NCBI GenBank assembly: GCA_965645245.1 | Contig: OZ287071.1 | Coordinates: forward strand, 496,001 to 560,000 | Direction: 5' to 3' | Source of the DNA: Massalongia carnosa | Lineage: Eukaryota | DNA length: 64,000 nt | Shown here: positions 1 to 10,700 of the stretch, piece by piece | How positions within the stretch are numbered: the first letter of the stretch is position 1 | Layout of the letters: each line of letters opens with the position of its first letter | The notes under the pieces: model-generated | Database searches by the model: none | What the model saw: the letters and a program-made list of their open reading frames with translations, nothing else | What the model was told of the DNA's origin: nothing | Position numbers and translations under genes: made by a program

Positions 1-1919
1 AAATCGCCGCAGGTTGTTGTGGTCTGTAAGCACGAGGACTTCATGCTTATGACCTTCGAGATAATGCCTCCAATTCTTAAAGGCTTCAACGATGGCCAGT
101 AGTCCCCATCGTGAGTTTCGTAATGAGTTTCTGCAGGAATCATTTTCCGAGAAAAATACGCTACTGGGTGCCATTGGCCGGTTTCGATATCCAGCTGGCT
201 AAGAACGCCACCTATGGCGTAACCCGAGGCGCCCGTCTCAAGTCGAATGTGGCGCTCAGGGTCAAAATGTCGGAGGATCGGTGCTTCAGTGAACGCCTGC
301 TTTAATTAGGCAAAGGCTAACTTAGCGGCAGGAGTGAGGAAACAAGATTCTTCCTCTCCGCGCCTTGCCTTTGGGGATGGCCCAGTGTTGGCTACCAAGT
401 TTGTTTTGAGCATCGAGGTGAGTGGAGCAGCAATCATGCTGAACCCCCGGATGAACCGCCGGTAGAAGTTGGCGAATCCCATAAATACCTGGACGTCTCG
501 TACTGACTTGGGTTCTGGCCAGTTCTTGACAGCTTCAATCCTTTCCTCTTCCATACGAATTCCTTGGCCCGAGACAACGTAGCCTAGGAAGCGAACCTTA
601 TCCTGATGAAAACGGCACTTCTTTAGGTTGGCAAAAAGTCCGTTTTTTCGGAGGTTCTCCAAGACCCACTTAACAGTCTCAACGTGGCCTTGGCCTGAGT
701 CCTCGGTATAGATCAGGATGTCATCCAAGTATACGATGACGAAGATGTCGAGTTTCTCTGCTAGAATTTTGTTGATATAGCCCTGGAAACTAGCTGGGGC
801 ATTGGAAAGGCCGAAGGGCATAACTTGATACTCAAAATGGCCATATCGAGTCCTGAAGGCCGTCTTCTATTCGTCACCTTCTCGAATTCGCATCCGACGA
901 TACGCGTTCGTGAGATCCAGATGGGTAAATCGCTTGGCACGGCCTAGTCGATCAAGCGACTCTCCAATCAAGGGTAACGGGTACCGATTCTTGATCGTCA
1001 GGGTATTGAGTCCTCGATAATCCACACACAGGCGGAGACTACCGTCCTTCTTGCGGATGAACAGTATCGGAGCACCAGCCGGAGACTGGGAAGGCCTAAT
1101 AAAACCGCTGGCTAGGTTGGTTTCAATATAGGTTTTCAGTGTCTCTAGTTCCACAGGACCTAGGCTGTAGATTGGGCCATAAGGTGGCTGCTTACCATCT
1201 ACTAGGTCGATAGGATGGTCGTTAATGCCGGTGTGCTCCGGTAGCTCTACTGCGGAGTCAGGGGAGAAGACGTCAGAGAAGTCGGAATATTCAACGGGGA
1301 TCTTGGCCTCCTCGCTCACTAGCGAGGCTACTTGGGCCTGACGAGAGGCGTGGATCGGCATGGACGATGGCTTGCTTACGGCCATTACATGCACCACATA
1401 TGCCTCGTCGTCTCCTCCAAGGACCGCCGCCGCGAATTCTTCCTTATCGATGATCTCCACACGTCTGGTTGTTGGTAAAGCCTCGACAGCTGTGTAGGTT
1501 CTCCAGGCGAGCTCTCGCTCTACGAACCGTATATCCACACTGCTGAGTGTAAGAAAAGGCATTCCCAGGACCACCTCCAGGCTAATATCAGCCAACAAGA
1601 AGGTTTCCTGGAAGAATCGAACCTTCCCTAGCTTGTCCTTGACCGCGAACCCTGCGATAACCATACCGAAGGTATCCAGGTGAGATCCATCAATCTTTTG
1701 CGCCCCAGCATCTGTTTCCCTAACACGAAGCCCTAGTTTCGCGGCATAAGCGGGGTGCATTGCGTTGACCTCGCTGCCCGAATCTATCAAAGCCTGTATC
1801 TCGTCTTGATCCTTCCTCAAACGGACCGGATATCTAATACAAGGAACCCGCTCAAGATTAGCCTCCTTACTAGTTTCAGTCAGAGGCGCGGAGGTTGCCA
1901 AGACCGATACTAGTTTTTT
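1..1919 (-). pseudogene. pol: Gypsy pol (protease, reverse transcriptase, start of RNase H), disrupted
   Basis: ORFs 867..1946 and 306..821 share one frame, broken by TAG at 869-867 (GDE*KTAF, normally W) and TAA at 308-306. The frame continues into RNase H up to the window edge. Confidence 0.92.
1862..1919 (-). promoter_or_regulatory. -1 programmed ribosomal frameshift signal at the gag/pol junction
   Basis: Slippery heptamer A AAA AAC (1919-1913) directly before the gag TAG; pol is in the -1 frame. Downstream TAGTATCGGTC (1912-1902) pairs with GACTGAAACTA (1881-1871), and loop CCTCC (1894-1890) pairs with GGAGG (1866-1862). Confidence 0.8.
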
Positions 1920-3074
1920 GAGGCGTCCTTCTTGGACTCCCGACAAGTACTTGAGTAGTGTCCCTTCTTGTTGCAGTTGAAGCAGGTGATTTGGGACAAG
2001 TCCCTGCTGGTGCCGCTGGAAGTGTTGGCACCGGTGGCCGGAGTGGACTCCGAGCCTTTCCGATCTCGACCTTGATCAAGACGTCGCTGCCTTTTCTTTT
2101 CTCTCCGAGCTTTCTTGTCAGCAATCTCGCTGTTCTCTGGGCGCGAGGAGTTTGATTGCTTCGGACCCGACGGTTTGGGCTTTTCGCTAGGCTCGTCTCG
2201 AGAGTCTCGAGTAGAGGTCTGGGATTTGGCCACAGTGGCATGAGCGGGCCGGTTTCCATGTGGACAACGCTGATCCATCTCACGAAGGATCGATTGCGGC
2301 TGCAGGCTAGCTTTTGCCTCAGCATCGATCGCTTTTTCGACCAGCTCCTCCCAACTGTCTAGTTTCCTTCCTCGTTGTTCCAATTTGGGTATTTATCGAA
2401 GGCTTGAGGCCTTCACGAAGGAACCGGATAAGGTCCGACTCCTCTGGAGCTCCCTCAGCATCAAACTCCAGGAGTATCGATTGTATATGTTCCAGGTGAG
2501 AAGCCTAAGCCTGAACTTCTTCTTGTTGCTACTGGGAGTCTCGCTTGATCCTACTCCAGGTTGCGTCCACAAAAGCCCTGGAGTCTCCAAGATTCTTCCG
2601 AAGGAAAGCCTTGAACTCGGTCCAAGACAAAGGTCCTACCTCTTCGCCTTGGCTTCGATGTTTGTGCTGGTGCCAACGAAAGCTAATCTGGCCACGATGG
2701 AAAGATGCGGCAAAGGGTGTACGGTTTGACCCGGTGGCGCCGGCGGTGTCAAAGTGGTCTTCGCATTATTGGCAGAAATGGTAACACTCCATATGGGACT
2801 TTCCATAGTAGAGATCCGGGAACCGAGCTTTCAACTGACCTTCTCGGGGGCCTTCATGTCGACTACCTTGTGCCTGGAGGAACGACTCCATGCAGAGTTT
2901 TGTGATTCTCTGCAGATCTTCCTCCGTGTATTTAGCAGGGCCCGTAGCTTCCTCAGTGCTTGGTGTCGGTGACTCTTCGGCCTGGGGAGATCTTGTTGGA
3001 TCTTGCCGAACGTTCCTGCGAGGGCGAGAGCTTTGATGACATCGTTTACGGAGTTCAAAAACAGATGGCTCCAC
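1910..3074 (-). pseudogene. gag: Gypsy gag, disrupted
   Basis: Frame reads YYGKSHMECYHFCQ*CEDHFDTAGA...WTEFKAFLRKNLGDS. Stop at 2768-2766, two more stops near 2510-2535, a frameshift near 2384, and a C-terminal CCHC zinc knuckle ending DASKN-TAG at 1910. Confidence 0.85.
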
Positions 3075-3131
3075 TAGCTAAGCTTCCTCTAAACGGGCTG
3101 GCTGACCCGTAGGGTATGAGAGCAATTAGAA

Positions 3132-3405
3132 TTGTAAAGCGCTACGAGACCAGTAAGCTAATCACGAGCGACACTGATCTCGAAAGGGGAAATGCTCAGC
3201 GTGAGAGGTGGAAGATAGCTACTACGTTTGGGTCTCGGACGAGATCTCTTGGTCTAAACACTTCCACATCCGTTAGTTCTTTGGATCACGTATACTCTCG
3301 GAGACCAGCACGTAGTAGCTATCTTCCACCTCTCACGCTGAGCATTTCCCCTTTCGAGATCAGTGTCGCTCGTGATTAGCTTACTGGTCTCGTAGCGCTT
3401 TACAA
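3132..3405. repeat. Long inverted repeat (96-bp perfect arms, 82-nt spacer); probable palindromic 5' LTR TGT...ACA (3133-3404)
   Basis: 3132-3227 is the exact reverse complement of 3310-3405; GGTCTC/GAGACC extends the stem after 3 mismatches. It lies ~60-90 bp upstream of the gag frame. Confidence 0.9.
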
Positions 3406-3886
3406 AGAACCTCGGTCGTTGCCTCAGTATCAGACGTGCGTGGGTTCTAGGAGCCGTCTAAGCCCCTCCGGGTTAGCCTATTCCGCTAAGCTCCTTCGGA
3501 TTAGCGTCCCAGCTGACTAACATGGCTACGATAGCAACGTCCGAGCGCAAAACTAAATATTACGATCAGATATTCGTAATAAATCGTGTATTATTGCGAT
3601 TTTTCGACATTTTGACGTCTTGCTTTTTCGTTTGACACGGGCTATTTCTTCGAAAGAATTCAAGTAGAATTTGTATAGAAAGTTTCCTGAAATTCCTGTT
3701 CGTTGTAAAGTTCATGTGGGGCAATCTGATTGCACTTCGCATAGAAATCGAGAATCGACTTAACGAAAATAACAAGATGTATGTAAAATTGCTCTGCACG
3801 TTATAAACATAAATAAAGATTGAAACTTATTTATGAAAAATTCAAAAATACATCGATCATGTGTGATTCTCTTATTATGATCGTTA

Positions 3887-5804
3887 ATCGTGCTAAACCA
3901 CTTTCGGAATGGAAGGGCATTCCTTAGTGCTTACCATCTCAATGACGCATTGGGCTCAATGTCGTTTTTTTCACTATTACCCACCAAACAATTCACCACA
4001 TCATCAAAACAACCCCGATTGTGAATGTTTCAGTTTTGATACGTAGGGAATTGACTAATCTACCAAAGGTGTGTCGTTGATGAGAAAGGCTATTTGATTC
4101 AGCTGAGAGTTTTTTTTTTTCTCGGTCGCTTTCTCCTCCCTAGCCTTCTTCCGTTTCGCCTTTTCCTCCTCCTTCTGCTTTCTTTTTAAACAAAGCTCCC
4201 TACAACTGACTTACCTTGATGATTCCACCCTGAGAGGCCACCTGTCCACAAAGAACGGCTCGTTTCTGACGTGATGAAGCTGCTTCCTGCATGGCATGAA
4301 GGTCTCAAGTGGTCAAATCCAGAGCATGAGCGGATGCCACCGAACCGCGAACGAACCGTTCAACCTGTTGAACCTCCAGTTTATCATTGGGTCCCGCTTT
4401 GGTAATGGCTCTCTGAAGCTTTCGACCGTACCGAACAACCGATTCGGGCCCATGGGGTGTGCGTTGATTCAATGGAAGGGGGGGGAGGGAGTTCGAATGA
4501 CTGACTCCCTCAATCGTGCCTCCTTTTCTCGAATTTTGTCCAGGACAACGTTTGGGTCAAACGGTACGATACCGGTTGATTTGAACGCATGACGGATGGT
4601 GGATGGTTTGAACGTTTCATTTCGGAAGCCCTGAAATGCAGCGAGAAATTCCAGCTTACCAAACTGACAGTCCCCCAACCGGACAGCCCGATCTATTGCC
4701 TTGGTATGATAGTGTTTGAACGGTTGAAAAACACCTACGTCCAATGGCTGGGTGAGGTGAGTGGAATGAGCTGGTAATCGAAACAAAACGATGTTGTTGG
4801 CAGTGGCTACTTCAAAAAATGGGATGGTCATATGCGATCCAAAACCGTCAATGATTAAAAGTAGCCATGCACCTTGCCTTTTGCTACTCGTATGCTCGAT
4901 GAAGTGATTCAACCAGTCCATAGCTAAATCATCATTTGAATAACCACTGTCGCTGGTGCCAATGAGAATGTCATCATGTAGATCATTTTCCTGACACCAT
5001 TTATGCAAAATCTGCACCCCTGAAATGATGATCAAAGGGGGAATCACCTCCCCTCCAGAACTTATACACTCCACCGTCGTGATATAATCACGATTGTCCG
5101 GGTCCGTCATTCGCAAAGGCTTTTTCGGGTCCATGGTAATCACCATTTGAGCCCGCCCACAGCCAATGCGAAAGCCTGTTTTATCCATGCTCCAAACGTC
5201 CACGTCGGTAATGCCCTTGTTCTCAATAGCAGCCTTCAATTTATAGAAATAATCCCGCATATCTGTGAGACTGTGACTGTTTTTTCGATCCGTCGCCAGG
5301 GGCTTTTGTTTGCGCTTGTTGTACTGTGGATTTCGTTCAAGAAATCGATTGAACCACTGATGCCCCACCTTTCGATTCTCTGAACGAATCAGATAATTCG
5401 CCGCCCCCACAATCATCTTTGGCCTAGCGCACATATTGAACCGGTCACATCGATCAATATACTCGCGAATTGCCTCCTCTTGCTCCTCCGTAAGAGCTTT
5501 GTTGGTGCTGGGGCGGGTGCTTTTCGAATTGGACCCATTCCATCGTCTTTGAAGTTGACGAATGGGCACGTGGTATGCACGCGCAGCCTTGGTGCAATTC
5601 TTATATCAACCATCATGAAGCGCGTCGATGGCCTCTTCGATATGATTTTCGAGTTTATAATAAGAATCAGAAGGCATGGTGTGGGGTGTTTACGTGTCAA
5701 AGATGGTGGGTAGATGGTGAAAAAAACGACATTGAGCCCAATGCGTCATTGAGATGATAAACACTAAGGGATGCCCTTCCATTCCGAAAGTGGTTTAGCA
5801 CGAT
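3887..5804 (-). mobile_element. pogo/Fot1-type DNA transposon with ~100-bp TIRs and TA flanks
   Basis: 3884-3986 and 5704-5807 are inverted copies (4 transitions, 1 indel); TA at 3885-3886 and 5805-5806; encloses a DDE_1-type transposase. Confidence 0.85.
4100..5677 (-). pseudogene. pogo/Fot1 transposase (CENP-B-type HTH plus DDE_1), disrupted; 3' end approximate
   Basis: ATG at 5677, TGA at 5608-5606, motifs VGHQWFNRFL, MDKTGF (normally MDETGF), LIIDGFGSH, LPAHSTHLTQPLDVGVF. Frameshift near 4475 and a further stop near 4306. Confidence 0.88.
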
Positions 5805-5833
5805 TAAGCCACATCTGACCGTAATCTTGGCTC

Positions 5834-6123
5834 CAGACTTGCTACAGATGTGCTGCGTAGTCAGCCTGTTAGCCCGAAGGGGCTTAACGTTCTGTAAGGC
5901 TAACCCGAAGGGGCTTAGCCGGGCACGGCTGTGGTACTGAGGCAAGCATCAGACTTGCTACAGATGTGCTGCGTAGTCAGCCTGTTAACCCGAAGGGGCT
6001 TAACGTTCGGTAAGGCTAATCCGAAGGGGCTTAACGCTCTTTAAGTCTAATCCGAAGGGGCTTAACGTTCTGTAAGGCTAATCTGAAGGGGCTTAACGTT
6101 CTGTAAGGCTAATCCGAAGGGGC
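5834..6123 (+). repeat. Duplicated element end (period 116 bp) plus 31-bp tandem repeat
   Basis: CAGACTTGCTACAGATGTGCTGCGTAGTCAGCCTGTTA... starts at both 5834 and 5950. The unit CTAATCCGAAGGGGCTTAACGTTCTGTAAGG repeats ~4.5 times at 5985-6123. Confidence 0.92.
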
Positions 6124-7455
6124 GTCTGAGGCAACTCGGTCGCGCAAATTCCAACAACATAAAATATGTTTTCGGCCTAGCGCCTTGCATAGCCGCCTCA
6201 GGCATTTTTTCCTTCAGCTTATGTTGATACCTCAACAACTCAGCTTGCCCTCTTCCGTATGAGTTTCGCGGAAGAGCAAATGGAGGCTATGATCATCTTC
6301 ATCCAGCTGATTAGTCCAACAGCCGTCTCCTTCGCAACCAAAGTAGGTCGCTAGTAACCCGCCAAACGACTGTTGATTAGCCTGTTGACCGAATGCCACC
6401 CCCAAGCCAATTAGCAAGTGCCCCAACCAGCCTTTTGTGGATCAACCTTGGCTTGGTTCTGCCCTACCTGTGTAGCCGACTTGCTAAATGTGTACATTGG
6501 CGGAAGATCCAGTGATCATTCAACGACCCAACGTACCATAACCAGACAAGCAACTTCTGCCGACAGTCGTGATGTCCCCAAACCAGAGATTGCGCAGTCG
6601 AGATGCTATGCTACTGCGCGTCCTCTGTGTGACACTTTGGTGATTTCTCTTTTTTTCTCTCTGTGATGGCGTTTGAGTAGTCTCTTTCCATGCGGCTCCT
6701 GAAGGACCATTTACCATTTTCGAGAAACCCTACCCTCAGGTCTTTGGAATAGCCTAGTATGAGACTTACGATGAAGGAGATAGCTTCCATTGAGGCATTG
6801 CTAGTTCCTCTTAGGCTCCAATGCGCTTTCGTGTCTTTTTCCTTATGTTTTTTTTTCAGAATTACTTGCAACGTTTCTTTGTGACCTACAGGAGGAAGCG
6901 GCAAACTTCTACCTAGCGGTTTATCCTCTTCTAGCCCAGAAGTCTTCAGAGCCATTCCGACAATGTAGGCGAGAGCAAAATAAGCCCAGTCCGCAGGCAG
7001 CATCACGGCACTGCCCATTCTAACTCGAGAATGAGTTTGAAAGTGGAGGACTCCTTAGTACTTAAACCTCCTAATGCTCTCCAATTCCACCTGTCTTTCG
7101 TCCACAATTCACTTTCTATTGAGCGTACCTGCATTAACTGAATTGGAGTTACCTTTCGACTTACATTGCATTACAGTATCGGTCTGCACTTACGATCTTC
7201 CTGGGTCTCCACACCGTCTTTGCTCTTCATTATACTCATTGCCGTTCACACCAACCCTCGGCCTTGCTCTTCACTTGCAAGGACATTCAGCCTCCATCAA
7301 CCATCTCTGCTACACGTCACTAATCCTCATCACTCCAACCCCGCTGCCCTTATACCATACCATCGTCAACATCTAATTAAGCTTCTCGGTCCTCTGCAAA
7401 CCGGTCGCTACCAACGTCCATCACATACCCAATCCAACCCGCTACCTTTGCCAAA

Positions 7456-7780
7456 ATGCCTGAATATCGTTCAAGTAGCTATCACGACTCTAGCCGCTCT
7501 TCGTCATCCTCCTCCTCCTCCTCCTCCAAAAAGCTAGCCCCGGTTTACTCATCGTCGCGAGGTACGTTCTGAGACCCTCCTCACCTCAACACCCTATGCC
7601 TACAACCCCACCGCCACTTCTACCCCAAAGTTTACTAACCCTTTTATCCCATCTACAGATTCAAAATACGCCTCATCTTCAACCTCCAAATCAAAGTCCC
7701 CCCTCATCCACAACGACAGCCCCTACGCCAAGGATCCAACCCGCCGAAGCAAATACCAGGACGTGGGTTATTACTCGTGA
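7456..7780 (+). CDS. Small Ser-rich hypothetical protein, 75 aa, 2 exons (7456-7561, 7659-7780)
   Basis: CAAAATG start context; intron 7562-7658 with GTACGT donor, TACTAAC branch, pyrimidine tract and CAG. The spliced length of 228 nt is in frame to TGA. Confidence 0.65.
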
Positions 7781-10700
7781 TACCTTACGCTTGGCACGCC
7801 TTTCCGGTGGGGGGTGATGTAAGATATGATTCGATACGAGTTCGGGGATGGATTTGGGAAATGGTAGTTAATTGAATTGGTATTTGCATGGGGGAGTATT
7901 TTCGATGTAGGAGTTTAGGATGGGAGCTAGTGGTTAGATTTCGACTATTCTCTTCGAACTCTTTTTCTCTCTCTCCCTCTTCATTTCATGTGCCTAATTT
8001 TCCATTGCTCTGAGCATGAACAGAGGGGGATATCTAGACCATATCTTCTATCTGTGCTTCTCTCGTTGCCAATTTTTTGGGGGGTAAGGGGAGGAGCTGT
8101 ACGATGGGGATTTGGGTAGTCTGATATTATTAGATCTCGGCTATCGGCTATTTTTGGGCGTAGAAAGAGCCATGTATGGATTAAGAGCATTCTTGAATTT
8201 AGACCCGCGTGCCGCAATATTCGCCCGGTCGTGATGGAATGGGATGGATGATTGGGCTTGACATAACTTATCTAGTGATTGGGAAAATCTCTCATAAGCG
8301 GATTCTTTTCGTTCCAGTCGTCGCTTTCCTCCGTTGTCAGTCGTCTACCCCGTATCCCCCGATCCCCTTTCTTGGTTCCTACCTACAGATACGCTCATCT
8401 ATTCATAACCAAGCACTATGCTACCGCTAGTTATTATCGCCTACGTATGTCGTTCCGCCGCTTCACAATCCGCCCTCTCCGCCATTTCTTTTTCTTCGCC
8501 GCGAGATTTTAGAGGTGGCTTTGAAGGCGATCCAAGAAGGAAAAGGGGAGGGGTTGCAGAAAAGGAGAGAAAAAAGTTATAGAATGGTGGGGCAGAAGTT
8601 TTTACCGCCCATCGTGATCTCCCTTTTTGGAAGGTGTTCATACGGTGGCAAACCCGTCTAGCTTTTGCCATTGTCATCTGGTGCTGCGTGAGGGGCTTCT
8701 GTGGGCAGACGAGACTAGATGAGTGGCGTCAAATCCTAAAAGAATCCTGTTTTTTTTTCTTTTCCGTTATGCGGTCATCTTCTACAATATCTTTTCCCTA
8801 CAGCATTTGAAACAGATCCAAGCTCAATAGTTCGAGAGGGGAGATGGAGAAGGGTTTCCTGGGGGGACTGTATCGTAGGTGATGAGAGACTGGATCTTCT
8901 GTTTCAGCTACCAACCGCGTAAGAGTAGGCTTTTCTATCAGGGAAGGGGGCGTGGCGCGGCTGTTAGTCTTTTTTTGATAGGCCGAGGGTTTGGTGATGT
9001 GCAAGCTATAAGACGCAGCGACAGGGAGTCAAGATAGGAATAGACCATGTGATTTGCATTGAATGCGAGAGAGCGGATAGGAACGTTTCGGCTGCATCAG
9101 GTGGTGTAGCACGAGCAAGATATTGGTGACCCTGATTTACGGACTGCTAGATCTAGGTAGGTTAAGGGGGTTTCTTTCATGAAACAAGAGGAAAGGACCA
9201 ATGGATGTGAGTTCAACGTCTAGCTTTGGTTTGGATTGGAAGGAGAAGAAGAATGGGAATAGAGCTTATGCGGCGCATGGGAATTCCGAGCGGAATGGAA
9301 AAGGAAGGTATAAGCTGTCCCAGTATGAATAGAATATATAACCTTGATGGCTTTTTTGGTATGAAAATGCTGAATGAGTTGACTGCAATAGGTTAGGGGG
9401 TTTCGTAATGTGTCTTGTGAGGCAAGGGAGAACGAGTAAATGGGGTTGAAACTACTAACAATGATGCGAAGACAACCTGGTTCAACATCTCCGATCGGAT
9501 ATTGGGCTAAAGGGACGGGACAGGGATAGGCCTATGTGGGGTCTGTGAAGGATCTAGATAGAGGTGAGACAAGAGGTACAACGACGGCGGTTTAGTTGGC
9601 TGACGACGTTCAAACGGATTGCGTTTGGATAGGTTCGCATGGTAATACGTTCTCAACTGAGCTTCCACAAGGAGGGGTGAGATCTGCTTGATTGGAGGTT
9701 CCATAATACATATGGAGCAAAGCGATCGATGCTAGCTTGGACGTTTGAGACGGAAGATTCCGTGCATGAAAGTCCACGGCTCTACGGGGATTCTAACCTT
9801 GAATTCTACATATTCAGCTATTAAAGTTAGATTTAAGCCGAAGGATTGATTGGGTGGGGTGCTCAATAGATGTGTAACAGGATCGTAGTCGCTAGATACA
9901 TGACAGCTGAACTTGATCGACCCCGTGAAGATGATCCGCATGGGATCATTGCTGTCCATGTAGTATTAGGAAGGATGGACCGTAGATGCACATCATTAGC
10001 GTATATTTTGAGATCTCTTCTAACGAAAACGCCAGCCGGTTGGTTGTAGAAGCAGTCTTTCCTAATCATAGATCTTATAGAATCTAAGTTATCGGCTCGA
10101 GTAGGTAAGGAAGAAGACCCTTAGTGTAACAGAAAACCCTTTCTCTGAGAGGGCATGTTAAAGTTGTCGTGTTATTCTTAATCGATTTAGATCAAAAAGT
10201 ACCTTTTCTTAAGAAGTGTCAGTTTCATTGGTGTAATCACGTCCAAGGATAGACAACTCCATGGTTAGAATGCTCAGCGCTCGTGTGCTACTGCATGAAA
10301 GTTCTAATTTAGCCGCCTATGCACGACGCGTGGGTGACGGCATGACTCGTGTATGCGGCATGACCAGTTAGGATCCAATCAGTGTGGTTTGGCATTTGCA
10401 TTGATTGTCGATTCGTCAAGGATAAGAGGTCTATATTTGCTCATAGTATTTTGCCGAAGAATTTTGGCGAAGAATAAACAAAGGCCTGGGAGAAGCCTGT
10501 ATATGTTATCGGCGATGGCAGACTTTCCATGGGACTGAAAATCTTCTTATGGTGTTGCCCCAAACCATCGAGTACCAACATTGCCTTCTACCTAGTGCTT
10601 GAAGTTGGGCTCGACGCGGAGGGTTCTAGGAACCTCGATTAGATCGACTCCTTTAGGTAGCTGGTAACCTGTCGTTTCTTTTCCTTTAAGGCGAAAAAGG

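Larger units (their letters stand above)
1..3404 (-). mobile_element. Ty3/Gypsy LTR retrotransposon, 5' part, degenerate; continues off the left edge of the window
   Basis: Minus-strand order: putative LTR (3404-3133), gag with CCHC knuckle CFNCNKKGHYSSTC, protease ALIDSGS, RT motifs LCVDYRGLN/YPLP/MPFGL/VYLDD, RNase H (ETDAS...YHTHDGELLAIV). PR-RT-RH order is Gypsy-type. Several in-frame stops. Confidence 0.95.
3419..6134. mobile_element. TIR DNA element with 8-bp target site duplication, superfamily unassigned, enclosing a pogo element
   Basis: CTCGGTCG at 3411-3418 and 6135-6142 flanks TTGCCTCAG (3419) ... CTGAGGCAA (6134). Both ends carry inverted CTAAGCCCCT(T/C)CGGGTTAG, GCTGACTA and ATTACG(A/G)TCAGAT motifs. 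Confidence 0.75.

Noticed and set aside
5985..6123. 31-bp repeats as a CRISPR-like array
   Set aside because: Units are head-to-tail with no unique spacers, lie in a transposon end, and the context is eukaryotic with no cas genes.
6143..7018. Minus-strand ORF fragments (6611..7018, 6232..6426) as a gene disrupted by the transposons
   Set aside because: No recognisable motif, several stops and frame changes; could be a relic but cannot be supported.
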